Below are positions 1 to 9,694 of a stretch of DNA of 64,000 bases, in pieces (position 1 is the first letter of the stretch; every line of letters begins with the position of its first letter). Source of the stretch: Candidatus Sysuiplasmataceae archaeon (lineage in GTDB: Archaea; Thermoplasmatota; Thermoplasmata; Sysuiplasmatales; Sysuiplasmataceae); the NCBI GenBank assembly GCA_046706185.1, contig JBJKPR010000002.1, forward strand, positions 31,433 to 95,432, written 5' to 3'. The notes beneath the pieces are model-generated. The model had not been told where the DNA came from. It did no database searches and worked only from the letters and a program-made list of their open reading frames with translations. Position numbers and translations under genes: made by a program.

Positions 1-757
1 TAATGTCGGTGCTGGGATATGGGTCACAGGTGTGAGCGGCGGAACAGACGTGTGTACAGCCTTCCTTCTCGGCTGCCCACTGCTCCCAGTCAGGGCTGGA
101 GAACTGCAGTGCAGAGGGCTCGGAGCGAAGGTGGAGGCATATTCGGAAGACGGACGCAGCATCCTCAATGAGGTCGGAGAACTTGTGATCACTGAACCGA
201 TGCCCTCGATGCCGGTATGCTTCTGGAATGACCCGGGTGATACGCGGTACGTCGAAAGCTACTTCGGCATGTTTTCGGGTGTATGGAGGCACGGTGACTG
301 GGTAAAGCTTACTCCCTCCGGTGGAGCCGTCATATACGGAAGGTCCGACTCGACTTTGAAGAGGCACGGAATACGAATCGGCACGAGCGAGATTTACAGT
401 AGTGTCGAGGCGATGCCTGAAGTCAAGGACAGCCTTGTGATAGGAATAGAAAGAAAAGGCGGAGGATACTACCTTCCGCTCTTCGTGGTGCTGAGGAACG
501 AATTGAGGCTGGACGACAACCTGAGGCGGAAGATCAGGGAAAGAATCAGGCATGATCTTTCACCCAGGCACGTTCCGGATGAGATAATGCAGATCGCTGA
601 GGTGCCCAGGACGCTTAACGGGAAGAAACTTGAGGTGCCTGTCAAAAGAATACTTTCTGGAATCCCTGTCACTAAGGTCGTCAACATAGGGTCTGTCTCA
701 AATCCAGGTTCACTCAAGTTCTTTGAGATGCTGGCAGGCAGAATCGGAAAAGACTGA
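1..757 (+). CDS. AMP-dependent acyl-CoA synthetase, most like acetoacetyl-CoA synthetase; C-terminal part only, 5' end lies outside the window
   Basis: Reading frame open to the window edge. C-terminal AMP-binding motifs (GGTD..., PRTLNGKKLEVPVKRIL). Stop TGA at 755-757. Confidence 0.6.
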   Translation, partial: NVGAGIWVTGVSGGTDVCTAFLLGCPLLPVRAGELQCRGLGAKVEAYSEDGRSILNEVGELVITEPMPSMPVCFWNDPGDTRYVESYFGMFSGVWRHGDWVKLTPSGGAVIYGRSDSTLKRHGIRIGTSEIYSSVEAMPEVKDSLVIGIERKGGGYYLPLFVVLRNELRLDDNLRRKIRERIRHDLSPRHVPDEIMQIAEVPRTLNGKKLEVPVKRILSGIPVTKVVNIGSVSNPGSLKFFEMLAGRIGKD

Positions 758-826
758 TTTTTTTCAGGCGGCATGATGTGCTGCCGGCAACCGGTGTGGA
801 TGCAGAGATGAGCGGGACGAAGGGAT

Positions 827-1072
827 ATGCTGATTACCTGCATCTCTCTTGTGAGATTGTTGACAAAGGTCAAGGTGTGCGAACTCTGCGGTTCGGAGTT
901 TATTTGCAGAGGGCTTATGCATGCGGGAATATGCTGGTGCGCCGGCATCCGTGTATCCGGCGACTCCCTGAGGCGCCTCTCTGAGATGGCGGATGACTGT
1001 GTCTGTCCCGACTGCCTCCGGCGAATAAGCAGGGGTGCGGAAGAGAGCGGACAGGCTAAAAGCAAGGGTTAA
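827..1072 (+). CDS. small cysteine-rich protein (8 Cys in CxxC-like pairs), possibly metal-binding
   Basis: 81-aa ORF with CELCGSEF..CWC..CVCPDC. No confident family assignment. Confidence 0.25.
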   Translation: MLITCISLVRLLTKVKVCELCGSEFICRGLMHAGICWCAGIRVSGDSLRRLSEMADDCVCPDCLRRISRGAEESGQAKSKG

Positions 1073-1150
1073 TGCGAAGACTGAATATTCCTCCCTGCCT
1101 GCGATGAGCCGGCATCCGGCAACACGCAGGACGAACGGAGGCTGACCAGA

Positions 1151-2116
1151 GTGAAGAAGGTGACTGTTCATGCTGGCTTGAAGGACTTTGCATCCGTTAT
1201 AGAGGCATGCTCAGGGTTCGAATATCCGGCATTCAAGGATGAGGCTGCAAGGACGCTGACGATATACGTCCCGGACACGGGTCTTGAGAATTTTATTGAT
1301 GTGATAAAGAAGTCTATGAATTCGTACGACAGGGAGAACCTCATAGAAGTTAACAGCCCTGACTTTGTGATTTCCAGGGCCCTTGAAAAGCAGGAGGAGA
1401 AGGAGGCCGGGAAGGAGATCGAGCCAGTTGAGAAGCTGATGCAGGACACAAGGAGATATGCTGTGCTTGAATGGAGCAAGGTTTCGCTCACCACAATCGC
1501 AGCCTTGATCGCACTTTCCGGGCTGTTCCTCAACAATGTGGAAATTGTCGTCGGTGCAATGCTTCTCTCGCCGCTTCTCGGGCCAATCTACGGTTTTGCC
1601 ATAAGCCTTGGAGTCGGAAAGGTGAGGAACGCATTCAGGAGCATTGTCGTCCTGGTTGTTCTCCTGACCTTCTCAATCATCATGGTGTCAGCGCTCACAC
1701 TCATCACTGCAGAGCTTGTGCCCCTTCCCCTCACTGCACAGATCACGTCAAGAACAGTGCTCAGTCCTCTCTACATACCTATGGCGGTGCTGCTTGGTTT
1801 TGCCTCGATGCTTGCGATGACAAGGGGCATTCCTGAAATTGCAGCTGGCGTCGCGATCTCGGTGGCTCTCGTGCCTCCTGCGGCTGTGACAGGGATAATG
1901 CTTGTGCTCCAGCCGGGTGAGAGTATATACCCCGCAATAATAGTCGCACAGAACGTTCTCGGGCTCATGGCCGGGTCACTCATGTCGGTCATGGTTCTGA
2001 ACATAGGCCCCAGGCGGTACTACGAGAAGATCGTGGCCAGGAGACTTCTTGCAAGGACAGGCATTGCCGTCGCCTTCCTGATACTTCTGACACTTGTGCC
2101 GTTCTTTGTGCAGTGA
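1151..2116 (+). CDS. DUF389 (TIGR00341-like) integral membrane protein
   Basis: GTG start. Soluble N-terminal region followed by several hydrophobic helices, with the conserved GPIYG-type motif of DUF389. Confidence 0.5.
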   Translation: MKKVTVHAGLKDFASVIEACSGFEYPAFKDEAARTLTIYVPDTGLENFIDVIKKSMNSYDRENLIEVNSPDFVISRALEKQEEKEAGKEIEPVEKLMQDTRRYAVLEWSKVSLTTIAALIALSGLFLNNVEIVVGAMLLSPLLGPIYGFAISLGVGKVRNAFRSIVVLVVLLTFSIIMVSALTLITAELVPLPLTAQITSRTVLSPLYIPMAVLLGFASMLAMTRGIPEIAAGVAISVALVPPAAVTGIMLVLQPGESIYPAIIVAQNVLGLMAGSLMSVMVLNIGPRRYYEKIVARRLLARTGIAVAFLILLTLVPFFVQ

Positions 2117-2204
2117 GCGCCGTGTTGCCGACCATCAGCGATACTGTGGCGCCATGGTTTGCAGCATCTAACGAATTTCGTAATTCGAGTATCGAAATAG
2201 CAAT

Positions 2205-2215
2205 TGATATATATT
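2205..2215 (+). promoter_or_regulatory. putative archaeal TATA box for the dapA operon, probably giving a leaderless transcript
   Basis: tgatatatatt lies about 30 bp upstream of the dapA ATG at 2241. Preceded by the inverted repeat ATTTCG-N12-CGAAAT at 2175-2198. Confidence 0.3.
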
Positions 2216-2240
2216 CGTGCTCTTTACACGACCCGATACA

Positions 2241-3278
2241 ATGTTGGCTGGAACCTACACGGCGCTCATAACACCCTTCCGGCATGACGGCGGCCTGGAT
2301 ACTGTGGGCATGGAAAGGCTGGTGGGATATCAAATTGAAAACGGCATCGACGGACTCCTTGTCGCTGGAACAACAGGGGAGACGCCTGCGCTCAGCCACG
2401 GGGAGTATGAGAAGCTGATCACCAGCTTCGCTGCGCAGTGCAACGGGAATGTCAGGACAATGGCAAGCTGCGGCAAGAACAACTTCGAGGATGCGGTCAC
2501 ATACAGCAAACTTGCATCGGAGCTGGGATACAATTCAATCCTTCTTGTTGAACCATATTACAACGGTCCAAGTTCTCTGGAGATAAGGAAAGAGTACATC
2601 GAGCCTATAGCCGAAGAAGTGCATGGCATCACCATCGTGCCTTATGTCATACCAGGGAGGACGGGGACCCAGCTGCTTCCTCAGGATCTTGCGATACTGC
2701 ACGCCGACCATGAACATGTGGACACAGTAAAGGAGGCAACCGGCAACATAGAGAACATGAAGCTAACAAGGCAACTTTGCGGACAGGACTACTCCATAAT
2801 GTCCGGCGACGACTCGCTCACCCACAGAATGATGACAGATGCTGAAATAGCCGCAAACGGGGTTATCTCGGTTATGTCCAACGTCTTTCCAAAGCAAGTG
2901 TCCGCAATGGTCAGGGCACTCAGAACTGGCGAGAGGAACAGGGCAGACGGGCTTGCATCTGTTCTGGCGCCGTGGTTTGACCTTGTCACCATCAAGGTGT
3001 CGCAACTTGGAAGGTACGGTGAAACGGTTCAGAGGTTCCGCAACCCGCTTCCAGTCAAGACGATAATGAGCCTCTTCGGCATGCCGTCTGGCGGATGCAG
3101 GAGGCCGCTTGGAAAGGTGACCCGCTCAGGGCTGATGAAAATCGTTGAGACGACAAGAGCAACCATGGAGCACAGCCCGGAGCTGCTTTCACCCATCGAG
3201 GAGACGTTCGGTGTGGATATGGAAAAGAGGCTCGAAGACAGTGAACTTCTGAGAGGACTCTGCTATGCAGAGAATTGA
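2241..3278 (+). CDS. dapA: 4-hydroxy-tetrahydrodipicolinate synthase (DapA family)
   Basis: N-terminal TALITPF...DGLLVAGTTGE motifs of DHDPS/NAL-family aldolases. 3' end overlaps the dapB start by 14 nt. Confidence 0.85.
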   Translation: MLAGTYTALITPFRHDGGLDTVGMERLVGYQIENGIDGLLVAGTTGETPALSHGEYEKLITSFAAQCNGNVRTMASCGKNNFEDAVTYSKLASELGYNSILLVEPYYNGPSSLEIRKEYIEPIAEEVHGITIVPYVIPGRTGTQLLPQDLAILHADHEHVDTVKEATGNIENMKLTRQLCGQDYSIMSGDDSLTHRMMTDAEIAANGVISVMSNVFPKQVSAMVRALRTGERNRADGLASVLAPWFDLVTIKVSQLGRYGETVQRFRNPLPVKTIMSLFGMPSGGCRRPLGKVTRSGLMKIVETTRATMEHSPELLSPIEETFGVDMEKRLEDSELLRGLCYAEN

Positions 3279-4035
3279 GATAGTGATCGTCGGTCTGTCG
3301 GGGAGGCTAGGCTCAACGGTCGCGAGGAACCTTCCTGAAAACATGGAGGTCGTGGCTGGAGTTGTCTCGACTGATTTTCCCTCGGACAGTTTTGACCTGT
3401 CGGGAAGGGATGTCCGGCTCATTCACACGGATGAAGCAGGTTCACTCCTCCCCGGCAGAGTCGTGGTTGACTGTTCCGCGCCTGCGGCCACGGAGGCCGT
3501 GATAGGAAAGGCAGCTGCAGCCGGTTCGCCTGCAGTAATCGCAACAACTGGCCACAGTGAAGCGCAATTGGAGAAAATAGCAGAGGCAGCCAGAAGCATT
3601 CCAATTGTGATGGAAAGCAATTTCTCAGTCGGGATGGCAGTGCTCAGGAGGATCGTGAAATGCGCTTTTCCACTGCCGGGGCTCTTCGAACTCTCGATCA
3701 TGGAGAGACACAATTCATCCAAGAAGGATTCGCCTAGCGGGACTGCCAAGGATCTGGCTTCAAGAATCTCTGATCGCTACGGAGGTCTCAATGTCAAGCT
3801 CATTCCAGGGGCAAGGAAGGAGAGAGACCTGGAGATTGTAGCTGTCAGGGCAGGAAGGGGAGGCGGATCGGAGCACAGGATACTCGCGGAAGCGCCAAAC
3901 GAAGAAATAGAACTGAGACATACGACAACGGGCAGCCTTGCCTTCGTAGATGGAATAGTGCGATCCGTTGAATGGGTCGCCGACCATGCGAGGCAGAACG
4001 GACTGTATTCGCTGTCGGACGTGCTTGTCGACTGA
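3265..4035 (+). CDS. dapB: 4-hydroxy-tetrahydrodipicolinate reductase
   Basis: GxxGRxG N-terminus, ESNFSVGM and ERHNSSKKDSPSGTA motifs typical of DapB. Confidence 0.9.
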   Translation: MQRIEIVIVGLSGRLGSTVARNLPENMEVVAGVVSTDFPSDSFDLSGRDVRLIHTDEAGSLLPGRVVVDCSAPAATEAVIGKAAAAGSPAVIATTGHSEAQLEKIAEAARSIPIVMESNFSVGMAVLRRIVKCAFPLPGLFELSIMERHNSSKKDSPSGTAKDLASRISDRYGGLNVKLIPGARKERDLEIVAVRAGRGGGSEHRILAEAPNEEIELRHTTTGSLAFVDGIVRSVEWVADHARQNGLYSLSDVLVD

Positions 4036-4058
4036 AATATCGGCCTGGTGTTGCGCAC

Positions 4059-5357
4059 ATGATTGAGAGATTGGACTACGTAGAGAACAGAAACGGGGAA
4101 ATGTACATAGACGGTGTTTCGGCCCTGGAAATAGCTTCAAGGTTCGGCACACCTGTCTACGTCTATTCGGAGAAAAGGATAAGGGCAAACTACAGAAGAA
4201 TCCGCGATGCATTCAGAAGCAAGAGAAGCAAATTCAAGGCAAACTTCGCGGTGAAATCGAACAACAACCTGACAACGCTCAACATAATCAGGAGCGAGGG
4301 CGCAGGTGCGGACTGCTCCTGTCCGGCCGAGATAATGCTTGCCAGAATGGCTGGCTTCGAGAGCAGCCAGATTCTGTATTCAGGCAACTACAACACCGAC
4401 GAGGAACTGAGATACGGGCTTGATTCGGGGGCGATTATAAACCTCGACGACGGGCCTTTGCTCGAAAGGCTTCTAAAATACGGAAGGCCCGAAATACTCT
4501 CTTTCAGGATAAACCCCGGTCAGGGAAAAGGAAAGTACAAAGGGCTTGTCTTCGCAGGACCGGACGCCAAGTTTGGAATGATGGAGGAGGACGCCCTTCG
4601 TGCCTACAGGACAGCCAGGGATGCCGGCATAAAACGGTTCGGCCTGCATATGATGTCGGGATCCAACGTACTGGATCCGGATTACTTTCCTGCGATTACG
4701 GAGAGGCTGATGGATATCGCGGGCAGGATATCCGCGGAGCTGAAAATTGAATTTGATTTCATAGACATAGGCGGCGGCTTCGGGGTGCCTTACCAGGAAG
4801 ATGAAAACGAGCTGCCGATAAGTGAAGTTGCCGAGATGGTTGTTGCCAAGTTCGAGGAAAAGATTGCACTTTCAAAGACAATGGGTGATCCGACTCTGTT
4901 CATAGAGCCAGGCAGGTTCATCGTATGCGACGCAGGCATACTTCTTGCAACTGTCACGCACGTGAAGAAGGCGGGCAAGAATTTTGTCGGCTGCGACGCG
5001 GGCATGAATACACTGCTCAGGCCGGCGCTCTACGGCGCATATCATGCAATACTGCCCGCAAGCAGGCTGGGGGACTCCGGGACAATGACGGCCAACGTGA
5101 CAGGACAGATATGTGAGAATTCAGACATAATGGGGAAGGACAGGGTCCTTCCGGAGCTTGTTCAGGGTGACCTGCTTGCCTTCCTGAACTGCGGTGCGTA
5201 CGGCTATTCCATGGCAAGCAACTACAACACAAGAACGATGCCAGCAGAGTCGTTTGTTCTTGACGGAAAGGCGTACCTGACGAGGGAGAGGGAAACAATG
5301 ACAGATTTCGTGAGAAGACAGATCGTTCCTCCGGCAATCATGAGGGATGTGCAATGA
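4059..5357 (+). CDS. lysA: diaminopimelate decarboxylase
   Basis: Fold-III PLP decarboxylase motifs (FAVKSN, GGGFG, C-terminal EPGR...CGAYG). ATG at 4059 chosen because dapB ends at 4035. Overlaps dapL by 4 nt. Confidence 0.9.
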   Translation: MIERLDYVENRNGEMYIDGVSALEIASRFGTPVYVYSEKRIRANYRRIRDAFRSKRSKFKANFAVKSNNNLTTLNIIRSEGAGADCSCPAEIMLARMAGFESSQILYSGNYNTDEELRYGLDSGAIINLDDGPLLERLLKYGRPEILSFRINPGQGKGKYKGLVFAGPDAKFGMMEEDALRAYRTARDAGIKRFGLHMMSGSNVLDPDYFPAITERLMDIAGRISAELKIEFDFIDIGGGFGVPYQEDENELPISEVAEMVVAKFEEKIALSKTMGDPTLFIEPGRFIVCDAGILLATVTHVKKAGKNFVGCDAGMNTLLRPALYGAYHAILPASRLGDSGTMTANVTGQICENSDIMGKDRVLPELVQGDLLAFLNCGAYGYSMASNYNTRTMPAESFVLDGKAYLTRERETMTDFVRRQIVPPAIMRDVQ

Positions 5358-6523
5358 AAACAGCGAGCAGGGTTGAAACACTTCCGCCGTACATATTTGC
5401 CGACCTTGAAAAACTTGAGGAGCAGAAGAAGAAGGAGGGGATCGACGTCATATCGCTCGGCATAGGTGACCCTGACATAAGGCCCCCGTCATTCGTCATT
5501 TACGCTCTTGTCAAGGCGCTTGAAGGAGAGAGGGCACACCAGTATTCATCGAGCCACGGAGAACGCCATTTCAGGGAGGCGGTTGCAGACTGGTATGACA
5601 AGAGGTTCGGGGTGAAGCTAGACCCCGACAGGGAGGTATGCTCACTCATCGGTTCAAAAGAAGGACTTGCCAACTTCGCAAGGGCCTTTGTGGACCCGGG
5701 CGATCTGGTGGGTGTGCCGGATCCCGGCTATCCTGTTTATGCACAGGGGGCGGCACTGCTGTCCGATGGGAGACCGGTAACGCTCGAAATGAACGACAGC
5801 TTCCTTCCCGTCCTTCCGTTCGCAGGAGGAATGAAGATCATCTACCTGAATTATCCGAACAACCCTACTGCGGCCTTTGCCAGCCTGGACGATGTCAACA
5901 ACTTTGTCGATGCAGCTCACGGGGCAGGGTCGATCCTTTGCTACGACAACGCCTATTCGGAACAGTATTTTGGAACAGACATTCCCCCCTCGATCCTTCA
6001 GACGAAGCATTCCAGGGAAGGGATCGTGGAATTCCATTCCCTCAGCAAAACGTTCAACATGACAGGCTTCAGGATCGGCTTTGCAGCAGGGGATGAAAAC
6101 CTGATATCCGGCCTCAGGAAAGTGAAATCCCAGATAGACTCCGGCATACCGAAGTTCATACAGGCTGCTGGAACGGCAGCGCTCGGAAAATACACGGGAA
6201 GGGAGAGACCGCCAGAGCTCAGCAGGAACGCCGAAGAGCTTGAAAGAAGGATGAGATGCCTTGTCGACGGTTTGAACGGCATGGGCTTCGACGCAAAGAT
6301 GCCTGCTGGAACGTTCTATCTCTGGCTGCCCGTCAACGGAAGCGGCTCGGAAATGGTGAGGGCGATGATAGAGGCAGGCATAGTGGCCACCCCCGGGATT
6401 GCGTTCGGAAAGCGTGGCGAGAGGTTTGTGAGGTTCGCTGTCACGGAGCCTATTGAGAGAGTCCAGGAGGCGGTCAGAAGACTGGCCGGGACCGATGCAG
6501 TAGCGAAGTTTGCAGTCAGGTGA
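5354..6523 (+). CDS. dapL: LL-diaminopimelate aminotransferase (DapL-type PLP aminotransferase)
   Basis: ETLPPYIFA N-terminus and SLSKTFNMTGFRIG lysine motif. Last gene of the lysine-biosynthesis operon. Confidence 0.8.
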   Translation: MKTASRVETLPPYIFADLEKLEEQKKKEGIDVISLGIGDPDIRPPSFVIYALVKALEGERAHQYSSSHGERHFREAVADWYDKRFGVKLDPDREVCSLIGSKEGLANFARAFVDPGDLVGVPDPGYPVYAQGAALLSDGRPVTLEMNDSFLPVLPFAGGMKIIYLNYPNNPTAAFASLDDVNNFVDAAHGAGSILCYDNAYSEQYFGTDIPPSILQTKHSREGIVEFHSLSKTFNMTGFRIGFAAGDENLISGLRKVKSQIDSGIPKFIQAAGTAALGKYTGRERPPELSRNAEELERRMRCLVDGLNGMGFDAKMPAGTFYLWLPVNGSGSEMVRAMIEAGIVATPGIAFGKRGERFVRFAVTEPIERVQEAVRRLAGTDAVAKFAVR

Positions 6524-6537
6524 GTGCAGGGGTTTTC

Positions 6538-7056
6538 TCAGAGCAGTCTTTCCAGCTCTGTCCATCCATAGCTGACCTCCTCAAGGTCGGACAATCCTAT
6601 TGTAATCGCCCTTTCCCCTGTCAGCCTGCCACCGAGCTTTTCGTAGAACTTCCTTGCAGGATTATCTGCGAGGACCCATGTCATTGTGGAATTGAAACCG
6701 TCTGCAAGAAGCTGGCGCGCAGACAACCTGAGAAGCTCCCTCCCTATCCCCCTCTGCTGGCAGTTCTTCAGTATGTAAAGGGCATAGATTTCTGAAGTAA
6801 ACCGGGGATCCATGTCTCTTGCAGGCCCTGACCTGCAGAAACCTACAATCCGGCGGCCGGACTCGGCAACAATAATACTGGTCTTCTTTTCTGCTATCCA
6901 TTCCTTCCACCGCTCTGCCCTTGTATCGTACGAAAAGCTTGCAAGCACTTCCGGATCAACCATGCCTGCGTATGTAGCCCGCCAGCTGTCAATATGAACA
7001 ACCGCAATCTGCAGGGCATCCCCCGCTGAAGCATGACGGCAGCGCAGACATTCCAT
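6538..7056 (-). CDS. GNAT family N-acetyltransferase
   Basis: Q/RxxGxG/A acetyl-CoA binding motif (QQRGIGREL). Confidence 0.7.
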   Translation of the reverse strand: MECLRCRHASAGDALQIAVVHIDSWRATYAGMVDPEVLASFSYDTRAERWKEWIAEKKTSIIVAESGRRIVGFCRSGPARDMDPRFTSEIYALYILKNCQQRGIGRELLRLSARQLLADGFNSTMTWVLADNPARKFYEKLGGRLTGERAITIGLSDLEEVSYGWTELERLL

Positions 7057-7159
7057 GGGGGTCTGGATTGCATCATCCCGATAAAAGAAGTGTGAAGTGC
7101 AGCAGCGGCCCTACTTTATATACCAGGTAAAAAATCAAGACCAGATAAAGTGATTTGAG

Positions 7160-7558
7160 TTGAACGCGCAAACCGAGATCGACCAGAGCACCGTCAGGGA
7201 ATGTGCATTTGCGTCCAGCTTTTTCAACCAGCTGAGCAAGAAGTGGACAATGCCGGTGATACACGCCATAGGGCTTCGTCCGAGTGCCAGGTTCAACGAG
7301 CTCAAGCGAATGATCGAGGGAATAAGTGCCGCATGCCTTTCGGACAGGCTGGCCGAGCTTGAGAAGGCAGGGGTGATTGTCAGAAGGGTATATCCGGAGA
7401 CACCACCGAGGGTCGAATACAGCCTCACGGACAAGGGACTGGAGCTCAGGGCACTGCTTTCCGGTCTTGTGGACTGGGTGAGGAAAAACAGTTCGACGAA
7501 CGGCGACGGGATGAAGAAGAGGGAGAATCCTCTGTTCCACCCTCAGGGACCACGCTGA
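7160..7558 (+). CDS. HxlR-family winged-helix transcriptional regulator
   Basis: KKWTMPVIHAIG...RFNEL...ISAACLSDRLAELEKAGVIVRRVYPETPPRVEYSLTDKG pattern. TTG start. Confidence 0.7.
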   Translation: MNAQTEIDQSTVRECAFASSFFNQLSKKWTMPVIHAIGLRPSARFNELKRMIEGISAACLSDRLAELEKAGVIVRRVYPETPPRVEYSLTDKGLELRALLSGLVDWVRKNSSTNGDGMKKRENPLFHPQGPR

Positions 7559-7561
7559 CAT

Positions 7562-9454
7562 TCACTTCAGCTGTGGCGGATAGATCCCATCGTGGAACTC
7601 CTTTGCCTTCTGCGACTTGGATTTTGGCAATATGTATCCGACATGGGCGCCAGCTCCTCTGTGGGATACGTGTTCCTGCCTTTCCACGAACTCACTCTTG
7701 AGGGGTGGATAGGCACTGCCGTATGTGCCGGAACCTTTCGAGGCACGTCCGAACTCGACCTCTGAATGTTCCCTCATGGCAAAGGAAGAGTGCCTGCCAA
7801 GTGCATTGTAGTTTGCCTTCATCGAATGAAGCATGAAGAGGACATAGACCGCTATCGGGACAAGCGCCGCGGGTATGTATATGCTGGAAATCGCGACAAC
7901 AGCGACAGATGTAATCATAAGGCCTGAAACGAGCCTTATCACGAGGTTAAGGATTTCGGGAATTCCCTTGCTGTTCGGCACACCTATGTTTGCGTAATTG
8001 ATCAGGCTTATCGACGCGTTGAGATCCTTCTTCAGGACAAGAACAGCCATGTATGCGGACACGAGCGCCGCTCCCATTGGTATCGCCTTGTAAGGGAATG
8101 ACACGAAAACGGAGGCTGCGCACGAGACGATGAATGACCACAAGGGCAGCGTCGACCTCCTGGCGTTTCCGTATATGTTGAGCGCCTGGGGCATGACAAG
8201 CTTTGAGAAAGTCCTCGATATGAGGAGTGCACTAAAACGAACGTAGCGCGGGACGAACCTGGAGAGCTTCAAGACAAGCTTCGAGGAATTCTTGAGCACA
8301 GGCAGCGCTATAAGGTCCATGATAAGTGAGAAAGGGCCGGCTATTGCATAGAGCTGCTCTGCATATGATACGCCCAGAGAGCTTCCTCCCACGCTTGCAA
8401 ACAGCATCGATTCTGCCCCCCTGAAGGCTGAAGTGCTCCCCACGAAGAAGGCATGCCTGGAGGGGAAACCGATGAGCATTGCGACGCTTGTTGTTATTAT
8501 GAGGTCTGAAACAAGCATCAGCGGGACGGCTGCCGCAACCATTGGCAGGACCATGACGATCACGGCAGGGTTGATCATCATGCCGAAGTACACGAAGAAG
8601 ATGGCAACAAACGCATCCCTCATCGACATGAGTTTTGTCTTAAGTCGCTCTGTCATCTTCGTTTCGGCAAAAACCATGCCTATGAAGAATGCGCCTATGA
8701 GGGACTGGACGTACAGTGCGTCTGCAAGGGCGGCGGACACAAACACTATTCCGAGCGCGAAAAGGATGAACATCTCGTCACTCTTTATGACATCGAGATG
8801 CCTGACAACTCTTGGAATCACAAAGATTGCAAGCAGAATGAAGAACATGTAGAATATGCCTATGCCGGAGACAAGCTCCCAGATGTTTGCAGGTGCGCTC
8901 CCGGCAGTCATTGTCAGGCCGCCGGCGACTGTCAGAAGAAGCATCGCGATGAAATCTTCAACAACGCTCATTCCTATGATGAAATCTGTCTCAGGGGCAG
9001 TGAGCTTTCCTATCTCCATGAGTGTCTTCGCTGCAACTGCCGATGACCCTGTCCCTATTATGGCAGCGAGGAAAAACGAGTCCTCAAGGGGCCACCTCAT
9101 CAGTACTCCGAGGAGGATGCCCAGGAACATATCTATGCCGAAGTTGAAAATCGCAAGTATTGTGGCTGCTGTTCTTGTCTTCTTGAGCTTGCTTACAGAA
9201 AACTCGAGCCCGACGAAGAAAAGCAGCAGGATCAATCCCATCCTCGCGAAGTAGCTGACTATTTCCGTGTTCTGTATCAGGCCGTTGTAAGTGTGGCCCA
9301 TGAGCGTTATGCTGATGTACGGACCAATGAGGGCGCCTACCGCGATGTAACCGAGTATGACTGACTGCCCGAGCCTGGCCGCCAGACCGGCCCCTATGAA
9401 TGCAAGAAGCATCATTATACCGAACTGGAAGAACAGGGTTGAGTCCGTTATCAA
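7562..9454 (-). CDS. cation:proton antiporter (CPA family Na+/H+ exchanger), 630 aa with an extra C-terminal membrane region
   Basis: Highly hydrophobic, with Na_H_Exchanger-like N-terminal helices. The C-terminal 200 aa has further TM segments and no TrkA domain. Confidence 0.7.
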   Translation of the reverse strand: MITDSTLFFQFGIMMLLAFIGAGLAARLGQSVILGYIAVGALIGPYISITLMGHTYNGLIQNTEIVSYFARMGLILLLFFVGLEFSVSKLKKTRTAATILAIFNFGIDMFLGILLGVLMRWPLEDSFFLAAIIGTGSSAVAAKTLMEIGKLTAPETDFIIGMSVVEDFIAMLLLTVAGGLTMTAGSAPANIWELVSGIGIFYMFFILLAIFVIPRVVRHLDVIKSDEMFILFALGIVFVSAALADALYVQSLIGAFFIGMVFAETKMTERLKTKLMSMRDAFVAIFFVYFGMMINPAVIVMVLPMVAAAVPLMLVSDLIITTSVAMLIGFPSRHAFFVGSTSAFRGAESMLFASVGGSSLGVSYAEQLYAIAGPFSLIMDLIALPVLKNSSKLVLKLSRFVPRYVRFSALLISRTFSKLVMPQALNIYGNARRSTLPLWSFIVSCAASVFVSFPYKAIPMGAALVSAYMAVLVLKKDLNASISLINYANIGVPNSKGIPEILNLVIRLVSGLMITSVAVVAISSIYIPAALVPIAVYVLFMLHSMKANYNALGRHSSFAMREHSEVEFGRASKGSGTYGSAYPPLKSEFVERQEHVSHRGAGAHVGYILPKSKSQKAKEFHDGIYPPQLK

Positions 9455-9694
9455 GGGCAGCCGCCCCGGCAGTTGTTGGCGGACATGATGCGGCCGTCCG
9501 GTAGAGAATGTGACATACAGCGCAAGTGCATCCCATTTTCACTAATGCGGCAATCCTTACTTAAGTCTTATGTGGGTAGCTGACATTTGTCTGACATTGC
9601 TGTTGCACACACCAAGTAGCGCGGAACGGAGGGGAAGACTGGAACGTGTGAATGATTAAATGTTTTCCTGCGCTTCTAGCATGATGGTGCTCCA

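Noticed and set aside
469-1171. Two minus-strand ORFs (198 and 135 aa)
   Set aside because: They overlap the acyl-CoA synthetase C-terminus and the Cys-rich ORF in antisense, with no motifs.
2217-2240. Longer GTG-start form of dapA (ORF from 2217)
   Set aside because: The ATG at 2241 lies about 30 bp downstream of a TATA-like element and gives the typical DapA N-terminus. The upstream extension adds eight residues with no support.
5654-6565. 303-aa ORF on the minus strand
   Set aside because: It lies entirely antisense to dapL, which has clear aminotransferase motifs. Long antisense ORFs are expected in GC-rich coding DNA.
9580-9598. Direct repeat CTGACATT x2 (11-bp spacing) upstream of the RibD-like reductase gene as a regulatory site
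   Set aside because: Only two short copies. This could easily occur by chance, and there is no palindromic symmetry or further copies nearby.
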